A stretch of 41,218 nucleotides of DNA. Source: an uncultured Bdellovibrio sp. (GTDB lineage Bacteria; Bdellovibrionota; Bdellovibrionia; Bdellovibrionales; Bdellovibrionaceae). A model generated the notes under the pieces. The model was not told where the DNA came from and ran no database searches. It saw only the letters and a list, made by a program, of their open reading frames with translations. The stretch covers positions 1 through 41,218 of the forward strand of contig CAWVRN010000034.1 of NCBI GenBank assembly GCA_963932905.1, given 5' to 3'. This document shows, one piece after another, positions 1 to 9,735 of this stretch (its first letter is position 1; each line of letters begins with the position of its first letter). Both the position numbers and the translations under genes were made by a program.

Positions 1-22
1 CTTGATTTGACGATATTTTAAT

Positions 23-49
23 TGGCCTTAGCCGCAGGCTAAGGGGCCA
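23..49. terminator. GC-rich hairpin, possible terminator or REP-like palindrome
   Basis: CCTTAGCC-GCA-GGCTAAGG perfect 8-bp stem (26-44), extended by TGG/CCA; no clean U-tract. Confidence 0.35.
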
Positions 50-171
50 GTTCATTCAATATAAATCTTCCAAACTGTATCGATTTTAGAAAAGTAACCT
101 AAGTACTTTATTGAAGGCATCTAGTTTATTTAGAACGGTCGAATCAGGTTGATACCATTACTAACAGATAA

Positions 172-315
172 ATTTGTTCTTTAGCAGTCTTTGTTCTTGC
201 CGAAGAGCTTGTTGCTGTTGCTTCCGACAATGCGGTTGTCAGTGTAGTGGCCAGAGTATCGGGTAAGTCTAGTATTTCAGGAAATGCCGTGGTGACAGGT
301 GGCGCCAAATTATAG
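172..315 (+). pseudogene. Remnant of a hexapeptide-repeat (left-handed beta-helix-like) coding sequence
   Basis: Frame 1 reads SDNAVV/SVVARV/SGKSSI/SGNAVV/TGGAKL* with 6-residue periodicity; upstream stop at 169-171, no ATG. Confidence 0.45.
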
Positions 316-339
316 ATAAGAAGTAGCTAGGAGTAAGAG

Positions 340-1410
340 ATGAGAATCAGATCAGAGGTTATTTGGTTGTCGGTATTTGCATTGGGAGCGACGCTCGTGG
401 GATGGGCTGATGAAAAAGATTGGTTGGATCGCGATTCGCCATATTTGATACTTAGCTATTCTAAACGAAAGGCACTACGCGAACCACCTCCGGTAAAATT
501 CTACGACAATAAAGAGTTCAAGGGTGATCCCGTTATGGTTATGGATAAAAAGGGACTAAGCATCCGGGGTAAACTAGAGTGTGACTGGCGAGGTTCTATA
601 AGCGAAGGGATGTTGAAAGTTCATGAAGAGGCAGTAGCCGGGAATTATTTCACAGTTTGTCCCAGGAAAGGTCCGATAGTATCAGGGGACGATTCTCCGG
701 TGATAATTGAAGTCAAAGATAATCAGTCAAAAAATTTCTATGAGACTAAAAAGTATGAAGACAGGGTATTGTATGTAAGCAAAAAAGAAGCTGAGCTTTT
801 TGAGTACAGAGAGTCAGAGAATTCGGTTCAAAGAGCAGAGATAGCAGCCAACAAAGCGTCATATGAAGCCCTTAAGAAGTCAGATAAGAGTCTGGTGGAG
901 TTTTTAGAAAAGTGGAATAAGTGTGTGGAACAGAAAGATGAGAAGTGTTTGCCTAAAGGGGACGAATCAGAGCTAAGTGTCCGTAAGCCGGCAGATCTTT
1001 GGCGTGACTATGCCTGTATAAAAGGAGAGGACCTTTCTAAGGATCCATTTTGCGTTGAATGGCTTAAATATAGATGTGGATTCGAAGGCGAACTAAAAAG
1101 AAAATCTAAATGTGACAGGGTGGAGAGTTCTGACGAAAGACCAAAGGCTTCGGAGAAATTTGATAAAAAGGCTAAAGATTTGGTTTGGAATTTTTTATCT
1201 CGTTGTTTCTTAAAAGAAAATTTGGAAAAAAACTATGTGGTGGTGAACAGAAGCAGTATGGATATTATGCTAGAAATAAAAGCTCGTGGTGATTTTCCAG
1301 ACGGTAGTTGTGTAATACAAAAAAATTTGGAGAAACAGTCCAACTGGAGACTAATTCAGATGGTAGATGAAAGTGATTTTAGACTCGACGGTACTTTTGT
1401 AATATATTAA
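340..1410 (+). CDS. Secreted Cys-rich hypothetical protein
   Basis: 356-aa ORF, SD AGGAG, N-terminal signal peptide, many Cys; no family recognised. Confidence 0.8.
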   Translation: MRIRSEVIWLSVFALGATLVGWADEKDWLDRDSPYLILSYSKRKALREPPPVKFYDNKEFKGDPVMVMDKKGLSIRGKLECDWRGSISEGMLKVHEEAVAGNYFTVCPRKGPIVSGDDSPVIIEVKDNQSKNFYETKKYEDRVLYVSKKEAELFEYRESENSVQRAEIAANKASYEALKKSDKSLVEFLEKWNKCVEQKDEKCLPKGDESELSVRKPADLWRDYACIKGEDLSKDPFCVEWLKYRCGFEGELKRKSKCDRVESSDERPKASEKFDKKAKDLVWNFLSRCFLKENLEKNYVVVNRSSMDIMLEIKARGDFPDGSCVIQKNLEKQSNWRLIQMVDESDFRLDGTFVIY

Positions 1411-1590
1411 CGATGTAATGGCCAGAGTCAGCGGCATGGCTGAGGGTAGGCGGTTTAAAGCCCGAATTGTTCAATTTCCACCACGTTGACGATTTATGTC
1501 GGCTAACGATACTTTCTTCGTTTAAAAAATAGGAAATTAAAGGATTGCTGGCTCGGGCTGGCGTTTCAAATTAAGGCGGTTGGTCTAGTT

Positions 1591-1617
1591 TAAGATTGTT
1601 TGAATTTTAACCGACAA
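1591..1617 (+). promoter_or_regulatory. Sigma28 (FliA)-like promoter
   Basis: TAAG-N15-ACCGACAA versus consensus TAAA-N15-GCCGATAA. Confidence 0.6.
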
Positions 1618-1621
1618 GTCG

Positions 1622-4162
1622 TTGGTGAGTAAACAAATTACGTATTCAACCACTATGCTTTTTGCGATTTTCTTTGCTCTTTTTGCTTCAGTTGGATGTA
1701 TGATTCAAGAGCCAAAAGTGATAGAGGGAAAATCGACTTCTATTTCTCAAACGGCCGAACGAATAGTATTTAAAGATTATCCACTTAATGGAAACGCCGA
1801 TTCTGTATGGGCTGTTCAACCACTTGTAGAATTATATGATAAAAATGGAGATCTTGTAACGACGGGCGCAGATGCTTGGGCCGCGATAACGTTATCCATT
1901 TATTCAGGTACTGGGGAATTATCTGGTCAGACGACCGTTTATGCGATTCGGGGCCGGGCCCAGTTTGTCGGTCTTAAGATTAATCTTTCCGGGAGCAAGT
2001 CTCTGAAGGCAGTTAAGGGCGATTTATCTAGCTATGGTGGCGCTGAGGAACTTAACGTCGTAGGCGAAAGCTTTTCAATTAGTTCAGCTTCCGCCAACAA
2101 ACTAACTTTCTCAGGAAGTGCTTCTGTTCAACCTGGTTCTTGTAACGCTTATCAAGTGTTGGTTCAAGATAGTGGTGGCAATAACGTAAGTCTTTCTTCT
2201 GACCAGGGCGTTGGGTATACTTACACGGGCAATGCTAGGGTTTACGACGACCCGGGTTGCAGTAGTGCAATAACAAGTTCTAATATTCTTGCCGGAACAT
2301 CCAGCACTACGATTTATCTCAAAACTGAAGGGCACGAGAATTTGAAACTGTTTGCGACCTCGTTTTCAGGGGCCCTAAATTCGGCCTCGTTGGAAATTAA
2401 ATCCGTTGCGATACCCATTTCTGACTTTTTCATTTCTCCGACCTTTTCGACGAAGTGTTTTTTGTACAGTAATGGTAATGCGTATTGTACTGATACTGGC
2501 TTCGTAACTTTTGTGGGTAAAAAGATTCAAAAAATGTCGTTGGGAAGTGGCTTTAAATGTGCGTTGCTTGATGATGGCACTGTATGGTGTTGGGGGGATG
2601 GAGGATCTGGCCAGTTAGGAAATGGATCTAGTATTTCTTCGTCCAATCCTGTGCAGGTCAGTAACCTTGGCGGAACGGCGACCGATATAGTTTCAGGAAA
2701 TAGTCATACGTGTGCTCTTGTCACGGTCTCGGGATCAGGTACTGTTAAGTGTTGGGGATCCAACACTACACGACAAATTGGCGACACCACGTCTATAACC
2801 AGAAATTCAGCGACTCAGGTGGTACTAGGTCTGACGGGGCTTCAGTCCGTAGTTGCTATTTCGAAATCTATCGGATCGTTAGAAAAGAATTTTGCTGTTC
2901 TGAGTGACGGCTCCGTAAAGGTGTGGGGTGGGGGAACCACCACGTCGTTTAATCCAGCAACTCTTTCTGGAGTTTCAAATGCTAAAAGTATTACCGCCTA
3001 CTTGTCGGGGAGCAATTATTACTATTGCACTTTAAATACCACCAACACGGCAAACTGTTGGGGAAGTGATAATAGCTATGGTCAAATTGGATCTGGAAAC
3101 TTAACAACTTACACCTCGCCAACTGCTGTGGTCGGACTTTCAGATATTAAATCAATTGTGAATAATTTGTTTGGTACCTGTGCTATTAAGAACTCAGGGG
3201 AGCTTTATTGTTGGGGCCTTCGAGGAAATTCAAGTTATATTTTGAACGAATACGGATATAGTTCTACATCCACCAAAACTCAATCTGTCGCGACCCCGGA
3301 AGAAATTAGTTGGCTGCCAAAGTTTTCGCTTCTGAAGTCACATTATAATTATGATAGCAACTATGGAAAGACGAACAATTATTTTTGTGGAGTAACTACG
3401 AGTGATAGCACATTTGTATGTTTTAAATGGCATACGGGAAATGATCTGCCAGAGATAATTTCTGAGAATAAAAGTAAGTCCTATCAAGTCTTGGTCGCCG
3501 AATCGAGTTCAAAAAAGATCCTAAGCGGTTCTTGCCAGAAGTTATCTTTAAAAATTTATAACAACGGGGTAGCTGTCGGGCTTAGCTACAATCTATTGAT
3601 TGATCTTTCTATTACTAGTGGCTTTGGTGAATTTTATGTTGATTCAGGTTGCAGTCAAAGTGTAACCCAAGTGAACTTGATATCTGGTCAGACTTATACC
3701 GATGTTTATTTTAAAAGTAACAATCTTTCGAGCGACCCAAAATACTCTTATATTTCCCTGAGTACAAATGATCTAAGTACGGGAACTATCGGACTGTTGA
3801 TTCAAACAAATGGTCTCCCTTACGATTTGGGGGATACTTATGATGTTGATCAGTCCAGTGGAGTCTGTTTTCCTTATACATTGCAAATTGTTGATTCGTT
3901 CGGTAATTTTACAAAAAATGCATCATCGGCCACTTCAATAAATTTTTCTATTTCTGATTCCAGCGCTGCGAAATTATATTCTGATAGCAATTGTACGTCA
4001 GAGATTTCTTCAATGAGTGTCCCGGCTGGATACTATTCCGGGATCGTTTATGGAAAAATTTTAGCTAGTTGTGGAGGAGCCACTATCACGGCTACTCCAA
4101 CAAGCTTAACGACCGGTGCTCCAAAAGTTTTTAGCTTCTATGAAAATTGTGGTTGCGACTAG
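1622..4162 (+). CDS. RCC1-repeat (beta-propeller) surface lipoprotein with flanking Ig-like Cys domains
   Basis: Lipobox-like ASVGC; repeats CALLDDGTVWCWGDGGSGQLGNG, TVKCWGSN, ANCWGSDNSYGQIG, LYCWG; start may be GTG 1625. Confidence 0.85.
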   Translation: MVSKQITYSTTMLFAIFFALFASVGCMIQEPKVIEGKSTSISQTAERIVFKDYPLNGNADSVWAVQPLVELYDKNGDLVTTGADAWAAITLSIYSGTGELSGQTTVYAIRGRAQFVGLKINLSGSKSLKAVKGDLSSYGGAEELNVVGESFSISSASANKLTFSGSASVQPGSCNAYQVLVQDSGGNNVSLSSDQGVGYTYTGNARVYDDPGCSSAITSSNILAGTSSTTIYLKTEGHENLKLFATSFSGALNSASLEIKSVAIPISDFFISPTFSTKCFLYSNGNAYCTDTGFVTFVGKKIQKMSLGSGFKCALLDDGTVWCWGDGGSGQLGNGSSISSSNPVQVSNLGGTATDIVSGNSHTCALVTVSGSGTVKCWGSNTTRQIGDTTSITRNSATQVVLGLTGLQSVVAISKSIGSLEKNFAVLSDGSVKVWGGGTTTSFNPATLSGVSNAKSITAYLSGSNYYYCTLNTTNTANCWGSDNSYGQIGSGNLTTYTSPTAVVGLSDIKSIVNNLFGTCAIKNSGELYCWGLRGNSSYILNEYGYSSTSTKTQSVATPEEISWLPKFSLLKSHYNYDSNYGKTNNYFCGVTTSDSTFVCFKWHTGNDLPEIISENKSKSYQVLVAESSSKKILSGSCQKLSLKIYNNGVAVGLSYNLLIDLSITSGFGEFYVDSGCSQSVTQVNLISGQTYTDVYFKSNNLSSDPKYSYISLSTNDLSTGTIGLLIQTNGLPYDLGDTYDVDQSSGVCFPYTLQIVDSFGNFTKNASSATSINFSISDSSAAKLYSDSNCTSEISSMSVPAGYYSGIVYGKILASCGGATITATPTSLTTGAPKVFSFYENCGCD

Positions 4163-4255
4163 GAAGTCTAATTAAGGTTAATTCACTGGTCGCGTCTCCA
4201 AACATGATGTTGAATATTTTTAGCAGAGCCTTTCGACAATTAAGGAGAAACCACG

Positions 4256-5206
4256 ATGAAGGTTATATACGAATACGCAACAGGACTGATGATTTATGGC
4301 GAAGTATATGAGCTTAGTGGCAAAACTGTTAGTGTCAGCAACGTTACTTATCAAAAAGGGGAGTCTCGTCGGATTGGCAAAGCCTCGGTTAAAAAATTTG
4401 AATCCGATTCCTTAGCCGAAAAATATTTTCAAATGCGTATAAAAGGAGCTCAAAAATTAAATTGGCAGCTTGTGGAAGGAACGCTGCCATCAGTTGATTT
4501 AGCCGAAAACTTTATAGCTGTGAAAGATAAATCGGAAGCTTATCGTTACTTTGAAAACCCACAAACCGGAATGTTTGTCGATATTGATTTAGACTATACT
4601 GATGTGTATATCCATACAGGGAAAGTGGGCGAAATCGGCAAAGAAGAGGTGATCTCGTACGACTGGGACGGTGATGCCACGAAAGCTTATAAAAATAAAA
4701 TCAAAGAGTTTATAAAAGACGGCTATATTTTAAAGCAAAATAATTTTAACTCAAAAGATCTATCAGCCCTTTACGGTTTAAAGTTCCCGAAAGTTTTAAG
4801 TGATTTTTACGACAAAAAATTATACGAGGAATATGAAAACCACAGTATTGGAAATCTTCCCACCTATAAATCGGAATCCCATTTCATGGTTCAATTCAAT
4901 GATCCCGGTCTTAGTGGGCGATTAAGTCAAATTAATTTTGATAAATCCAAACACCCAGGTCTTATCCCGTTATCCGGCCTGGAGGAAGAACCCGGACTAC
5001 TCATGGTCCAAACAAATCAGAAAGACTGCCCTGTCTACCTCTTCATGTCTTCAGATGCTGTCCCTCATTTAGTTAACGAAAGCCTGAATGGGTTTCTAAA
5101 ATCTCTTTCAAAACCAAAAGAAAAAACAGCGTCTAAAGTTTCTAAACCACCCAAAAAAACTGAAAAAATAAAACCTAAAGGCCAAAAGCTACTAAGAAAA
5201 AAATGA
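4256..5206 (+). CDS. Tandem WGR-like domains plus SMI1/KNR4 (SUKH)-like domain protein
   Basis: SD AAGGAG; WGR-like block IHTGKVGEIGK...ATKAYKNKIKEFIKDGY; SUKH-like LYGLKFPKVLSDFY...CPVY...ESLNGFL; Lys-rich tail. Confidence 0.65.
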   Translation: MKVIYEYATGLMIYGEVYELSGKTVSVSNVTYQKGESRRIGKASVKKFESDSLAEKYFQMRIKGAQKLNWQLVEGTLPSVDLAENFIAVKDKSEAYRYFENPQTGMFVDIDLDYTDVYIHTGKVGEIGKEEVISYDWDGDATKAYKNKIKEFIKDGYILKQNNFNSKDLSALYGLKFPKVLSDFYDKKLYEEYENHSIGNLPTYKSESHFMVQFNDPGLSGRLSQINFDKSKHPGLIPLSGLEEEPGLLMVQTNQKDCPVYLFMSSDAVPHLVNESLNGFLKSLSKPKEKTASKVSKPPKKTEKIKPKGQKLLRKK

Positions 5207-5279
5207 AGCGCCAGCAAGCGCATCTTTAAAACACCTAGTGGCGTTTCAAAGATTGGGAGGACTAGATCGCTAGCCCTTT

Positions 5280-5831
5280 CTATCGAAGTCGTGCTTTGAT
5301 TCGACTTAATGCCACCGGCGTAATACCTAAATATTTTGACAACTCATTTTGCGTTAGTCGGCCTACGAGCTGGGATGACTCCCGCTGAAATTCAACAAGT
5401 CTTTCTTGCGGGGTCTTTGTTAAAAAGTCGAGTTCCCGTTTTTCCTTTTTTGCCGCGATGGAGAAAGCATATTTAGCGACTAATATGGCAAAGCGGTGAT
5501 CTTGCTCAAGTAAAGCATTCAAATCGAAACCACGAATGTAGGTGAATTCGGTATCTTCCATGGCTGTTAAGGTAAAGCCGGCCGGAGCCTGCAACGTGAG
5601 TGACAGCGTCGAGGCCACGATTTGTCCTTCGGCAGCAAACCATTTAGTGACCTCTTTGCCTTCGCTTGTTAAAAAGGAGGCTTTTGTGAACCCCTTTTTT
5701 ATTCGTAACACATCCATAAAAACGTCGTCCTGATGGAAAATTTTTTGGTCGGCGCGAAAGCTCTTTTCGCTGATTTTATCAGGAATAAGAGCCTCCGCTT
5801 TAGAGAATATCTGTTGTTCAAGTGAATTCAT
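5280..5831 (-). CDS. Crp/Fnr family transcriptional regulator
   Basis: cNMP-binding-like N-terminal domain and HTH LTQNELSKYLGITPVALSRIK. Confidence 0.92.
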   Translation of the reverse strand: MNSLEQQIFSKAEALIPDKISEKSFRADQKIFHQDDVFMDVLRIKKGFTKASFLTSEGKEVTKWFAAEGQIVASTLSLTLQAPAGFTLTAMEDTEFTYIRGFDLNALLEQDHRFAILVAKYAFSIAAKKEKRELDFLTKTPQERLVEFQRESSQLVGRLTQNELSKYLGITPVALSRIKARLR

Positions 5832-5858
5832 TTTTAAAGTCTAAAATGACATATGCAA

Positions 5859-6332
5859 TTAATCAACGGAAGCCGTCAGCTCAATTTCCACTAGAGCATC
5901 AGCGTTGTCAAAGCGCTCAACACCGATTATCGTCGATGCTGCAAACGGCGGTTGCGTTTTCAAGTCTTGAAACGCCTTTTGCACTCCTAGAAGAAACTGG
6001 GATTTAGAATTTTTTTTGTAGCCTTTTATATAAATGCGAACGTGTACAACGTCCTGAAATGTGGCTCCAGCCGCTTTCAATGCCTCAAATGCATTCTTAA
6101 TCGATTGCTGGGCCTGTTTTTCCAAGTTGCCTTTGCCGACGATTTTCCCGTTCACGTCCACGGCTGTTTGACCTGAAATATAAACGGTCTTCACACGATT
6201 CGTAGTTACTACCTGAGCATACGTAGGGTCGTCATGCAGAGTTTCGGGATCGAATCGGTTGATCTCGTTAGCTAAAAGTGAATGACCAGATAATAGCCCG
6301 ATACAGATTGCCATAAAAAACATCTTTTTCAC
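5859..6332 (-). CDS. RidA/YjgF/UK114 family protein with signal peptide
   Basis: VYISGQ, LKAAGATFQDVV and LVEIELTA motifs; hydrophobic N-terminus. Confidence 0.9.
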   Translation of the reverse strand: MKKMFFMAICIGLLSGHSLLANEINRFDPETLHDDPTYAQVVTTNRVKTVYISGQTAVDVNGKIVGKGNLEKQAQQSIKNAFEALKAAGATFQDVVHVRIYIKGYKKNSKSQFLLGVQKAFQDLKTQPPFAASTIIGVERFDNADALVEIELTASVD

Positions 6333-6667
6333 GTTGTCTCCTTTTGTTGTTGTTGTTCGTAGTGCTTAAATCCTTCAATGATTCCCATTTGAATTTTTAC
6401 TAAATCGAAATACTCTTCCGTAAAAAATTGCGAATCTTTTAGCTCTTCAATAAAAAAATAGTAGCGCTGAATGTCGCTGGTGGTTAGCTCTGCGATATCA
6501 GTTACATCCGAACTAAATGCTTCCAGATCTATCCAGCTGAAATTAATTTCTCTGAATTTTCCAATGAGTATTTGAATCTCGTTTTCAAATATTTCTCGGC
6601 GTCTGTTTCGAGAAAGCTTTAGCCATTTGGGTAACACTTTAAAATGAAGATAAATACGATAAGACAT
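6329..6667 (-). CDS. Darcynin family protein
   Basis: LPKWLKLSR..R, DLEAFS..TD and YYFFIEELKDS.FF..YF motifs; 4-nt overlap with the next gene. Confidence 0.8.
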   Translation of the reverse strand: MSYRIYLHFKVLPKWLKLSRNRRREIFENEIQILIGKFREINFSWIDLEAFSSDVTDIAELTTSDIQRYYFFIEELKDSQFFTEEYFDLVKIQMGIIEGFKHYEQQQQKETT

Positions 6668-6680
6668 TTTCAGCTCCTTG

Positions 6681-7415
6681 TTAGTTTTTGCTCATTATTT
6701 TCCGCGCCAGCCACGGCGCTACCCAAGCAATGAGCCGTAGCGCGTTTATAGAACCGATATAGATATCCATGTGGCGACTTTCTAAGCCTTTTAATATTTT
6801 TAAAGCGACGTCGGATGGAGAGCTTAATTGCGTTTGCGTAAGTCGTTTTTTTGTCATTTGCGTGTTCGTAAGCGGAGGGAAAGCTTGGTATACGTCAACA
6901 CCATGACCCCGCAACTGATAGCGAAGCGAGCGAGTAAATGAAGTGATGGCCGCTTTGGTTGCACAGTAGACAGCAGACGACTTCTTCGGCGCTAGGGCCA
7001 GTCCAGACGAAATATTTAGTATAAGTGGCGCTTTTTTTGATGCGACTAATTTAGGTAATAAAAGATAGGTTAATTCACAAACGGCTGTAAAGTTGATGGA
7101 AATTTCTCGGCGAATGCCTTCGAATTCAAAGTCATCACTCAAAAAGTCGGGGTAATATTGAACTGCCGCATTGTTTATCAACATATCGATACTTTCTAAT
7201 GATTCTAGTTGGTCTACGCAGTGTTCGATGTCTTTTCTTTGCGAAAGATCGCATTGGAGGGTGACGATATTTGGAAATGCATTTTTAAGTAAATTCAGAT
7301 TGTTTTCATTACTGGCGATAACCAAAAGCTTATTGGATGGGTATAAAAGTTTGCACAGCTCTAGTCCTATACCTTTGGTCCCGCCGGTAAGAACGATTGT
7401 TTTGTTTTGATACAT
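6681..7415 (-). CDS. Short-chain dehydrogenase/reductase (DltE-like)
   Basis: TGGTKGIG, LINNAA, catalytic YCATK; SD GGAGG. Confidence 0.93.
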   Translation of the reverse strand: MYQNKTIVLTGGTKGIGLELCKLLYPSNKLLVIASNENNLNLLKNAFPNIVTLQCDLSQRKDIEHCVDQLESLESIDMLINNAAVQYYPDFLSDDFEFEGIRREISINFTAVCELTYLLLPKLVASKKAPLILNISSGLALAPKKSSAVYCATKAAITSFTRSLRYQLRGHGVDVYQAFPPLTNTQMTKKRLTQTQLSSPSDVALKILKGLESRHMDIYIGSINALRLIAWVAPWLARKIMSKN

Positions 7416-7458
7416 GATCAGACCTCCTTTATTCCATTTATCTCATAATTCTCTGAGA

Positions 7459-7484
7459 TAAAAATTAACCTGGGTTAATTTTTA
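7459..7484. promoter_or_regulatory. Operator palindrome, probable binding site of the operon's Crp/Fnr regulator
   Basis: TAAAAATTAACC-TG-GGTTAATTTTTA, perfect 12-bp arms, about 45 bp upstream of the SDR start. Confidence 0.65.
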
Positions 7485-7619
7485 CGAATAAAATAAATGC
7501 GTGCTTATCCAAGTAATTAACCGATTACATTGCGTCCTGTTGATAATCCCATAACAATACAGGACTTTTTACACCCATCTTTCCATATTCATTCATTATT
7601 TCAGTCTTAAACTGAAGGC

Positions 7620-8909
7620 ATGAAAACAGGTGTCTTAGAAACCTTAATATTAGTAACTCTCTTAGCGATGGCAACGTATGCGGAAACTTATTCGTTGAAA
7701 TCGTTCCTGGCTAAAACACTCGAGAAATCCAGAGATGTCGAGTCAGAATCGGCAAATCTTCAGAAAATGCAAGACTCGGTTGAAGGCAGCCGATCTGGTT
7801 TTCTTCCTGATGTCAATGCGACGATCCAGTATACGACAGTGGGTACTCGTCAAAATCAGGTCAACACATACAATCAAACAGTCAATGGCACCTCGACAAA
7901 GATCAACCTGACTCAAAATCTATTTAACGGATTAAAAGATTTAAATTCACTGGAAGCTGCCAAACACAGTCGTGATGCACAAACTTACAAATTACAAGAA
8001 AAACGTAAAAGTGAAATAGAATCCGCTTTGAATATCTATTTTAAATTACTGCAATATCAAAAAGACATCGAAAACCAAAAACAGGAAATCAGACTGTACG
8101 AAAAAAACTTAGCAGAGTTAAAATCACGCGCGCAAAATGGTAGTGCCCGTCAAACAGAGGTCATTAATCTTGAAGCTACATTGGCCAATTCCATCATTGA
8201 CCTTGCGACGTCAGAAAACAGTTTGAAGTTAGCCCAGGCTGATGCCGCCAACGTCGTTCGGGTTTCCGATGCTAATACTGTTTTTGTATCGTCAAATAAA
8301 CTGTCATTTTCTTACGAGCAAACAAAACCTTTGATCGACAAAATGGATTTAAATAATCGCGACGAAGTACGATCACTAACCTCTACCGTTCAATCTAAAG
8401 AAAACAATATTAAAATTCAAAAAGGATACTATTCACCAACATTAGATTTATCGGGCAGTTACTTGGTTAACAGCAGCGATACGACTACCAATCAAAACAC
8501 CTACACAGCCGGTGTCGTGTTAACAATTCCGTTTCCAGTCAGTGTCAACAAATCAAGCGAGCTGGCAAAAGCTCGCACTGAAAAAGCTATTGCCGAAATC
8601 GAATTAGAAAAGAAAAAAGAAAATTTGCAGAAACAGCGCACGCAGTTGATTCAAGCCCTGCAGAACAGTGTAAAACAAATTGAATTACTTAAAAATGCTA
8701 AAACATTAAACAAAGCGAACGTAGATTCGTTAACGCGGGATCATCGCAGTGGGCAAGTCAGTTACAGCGATGTGCTGAATGCATCGATCACGTATCAAAA
8801 AACGGTACAAAAATATGATCGCGCAGTGCTTGATTTTGAATTGAATTGTTATCAAGCATTGTTGTGGTCTTCTGATGTGGATTCCGTCATTGCGAGTATA
8901 GGTGAATAG
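7620..8909 (+). CDS. TolC family outer membrane efflux protein
   Basis: Signal peptide; two OEP repeats (FLPDV...LTQNLFNG, YSPTLDLSGSY...LTIPF). Confidence 0.9.
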   Translation: MKTGVLETLILVTLLAMATYAETYSLKSFLAKTLEKSRDVESESANLQKMQDSVEGSRSGFLPDVNATIQYTTVGTRQNQVNTYNQTVNGTSTKINLTQNLFNGLKDLNSLEAAKHSRDAQTYKLQEKRKSEIESALNIYFKLLQYQKDIENQKQEIRLYEKNLAELKSRAQNGSARQTEVINLEATLANSIIDLATSENSLKLAQADAANVVRVSDANTVFVSSNKLSFSYEQTKPLIDKMDLNNRDEVRSLTSTVQSKENNIKIQKGYYSPTLDLSGSYLVNSSDTTTNQNTYTAGVVLTIPFPVSVNKSSELAKARTEKAIAEIELEKKKENLQKQRTQLIQALQNSVKQIELLKNAKTLNKANVDSLTRDHRSGQVSYSDVLNASITYQKTVQKYDRAVLDFELNCYQALLWSSDVDSVIASIGE

Positions 8910-8910
8910 T

Positions 8911-9735
8911 ATGAAAAAAGGTAAATATATTTTAATTTCAATCATTTCCGCCGTCACTGTTTTGGGATTGGCATTTAAACCCAGCAGTGGAGCAAAACGA
9001 ACAGTACAGATTCATCGCGGTGATTTAGTCGAAGCCGTTTATGCCATCGGATCTGTCAAAGCCGAGCGAGTGTTCAATCTAAAAATCGGCGTCACCAGTA
9101 AATTGCTAGAACGTTATGTTCGCCCAGGCGACAGAGTTAAAAAGGGCGACAAGCTGGTGCAATTTGAAGGTTTGAAAACGATCTATGCGCCATTTGATGG
9201 AATGATCACAACGGTCGCATATGAAAAGGGCGAGCTAGTTTTTTCTCAGACTGTAATCGTTACGGTCGTCGATACCTCGTCGTATTATATTGAAATCAGC
9301 GTGGACGAACGCAATGTTCCTTTGATCAAAGCAGGACAAAATGTGGACATCAGTTTCGAAGGCGCGCGCGATCAAAAAATTTCAGGCAAAGTACGATCTG
9401 TGTATTCAAATGCCGGTGAATTCTTGGTCGCTATTGATGCGGACTTGTCAAAAATATCGCTGCTGCAAGGGATGACCTGTGATGTCGCCGTCAGATTAGA
9501 TGAACATAAAAATCAAATTTTAATTCCGCTTGGGGCAATTGATAAAGACGGCCACGTAAAAGTAATCCGTAACGGCCGACCACAAACGGTATCGCTAAAA
9601 ATCGGTGCAAAGAATTCACAATACTCGATTTTAAAAGAAGGCGACATTTTTGAACATGACGAAGTCGTGATCGAAGACACGGGTAAACGTGGACCGGCCG
9701 CGGCCGATGGCTCTGGCGAAGGACCTCGCCCATGA
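8911..9735 (+). CDS. Efflux periplasmic adaptor (MFP), short form
   Basis: N-terminal anchor, lipoyl motifs VRPGDRVKKGDKL / IYAPFDG, beta-barrel ...GMTCDV; alternative GTG start at 8902. Confidence 0.88.
   Translation: MKKGKYILISIISAVTVLGLAFKPSSGAKRTVQIHRGDLVEAVYAIGSVKAERVFNLKIGVTSKLLERYVRPGDRVKKGDKLVQFEGLKTIYAPFDGMITTVAYEKGELVFSQTVIVTVVDTSSYYIEISVDERNVPLIKAGQNVDISFEGARDQKISGKVRSVYSNAGEFLVAIDADLSKISLLQGMTCDVAVRLDEHKNQILIPLGAIDKDGHVKVIRNGRPQTVSLKIGAKNSQYSILKEGDIFEHDEVVIEDTGKRGPAAADGSGEGPRP

Noticed and set aside
4213..4239. Sigma28-like TTCGACAA upstream of the WGR gene
   Set aside because: No acceptable -35 box at 15-nt spacing
1559..5250. TGGCGTTTCAAA present at 1559 and 5239
   Set aside because: Only two 12-bp copies with unrelated flanks; insufficient evidence for a repeat family or target-site duplication
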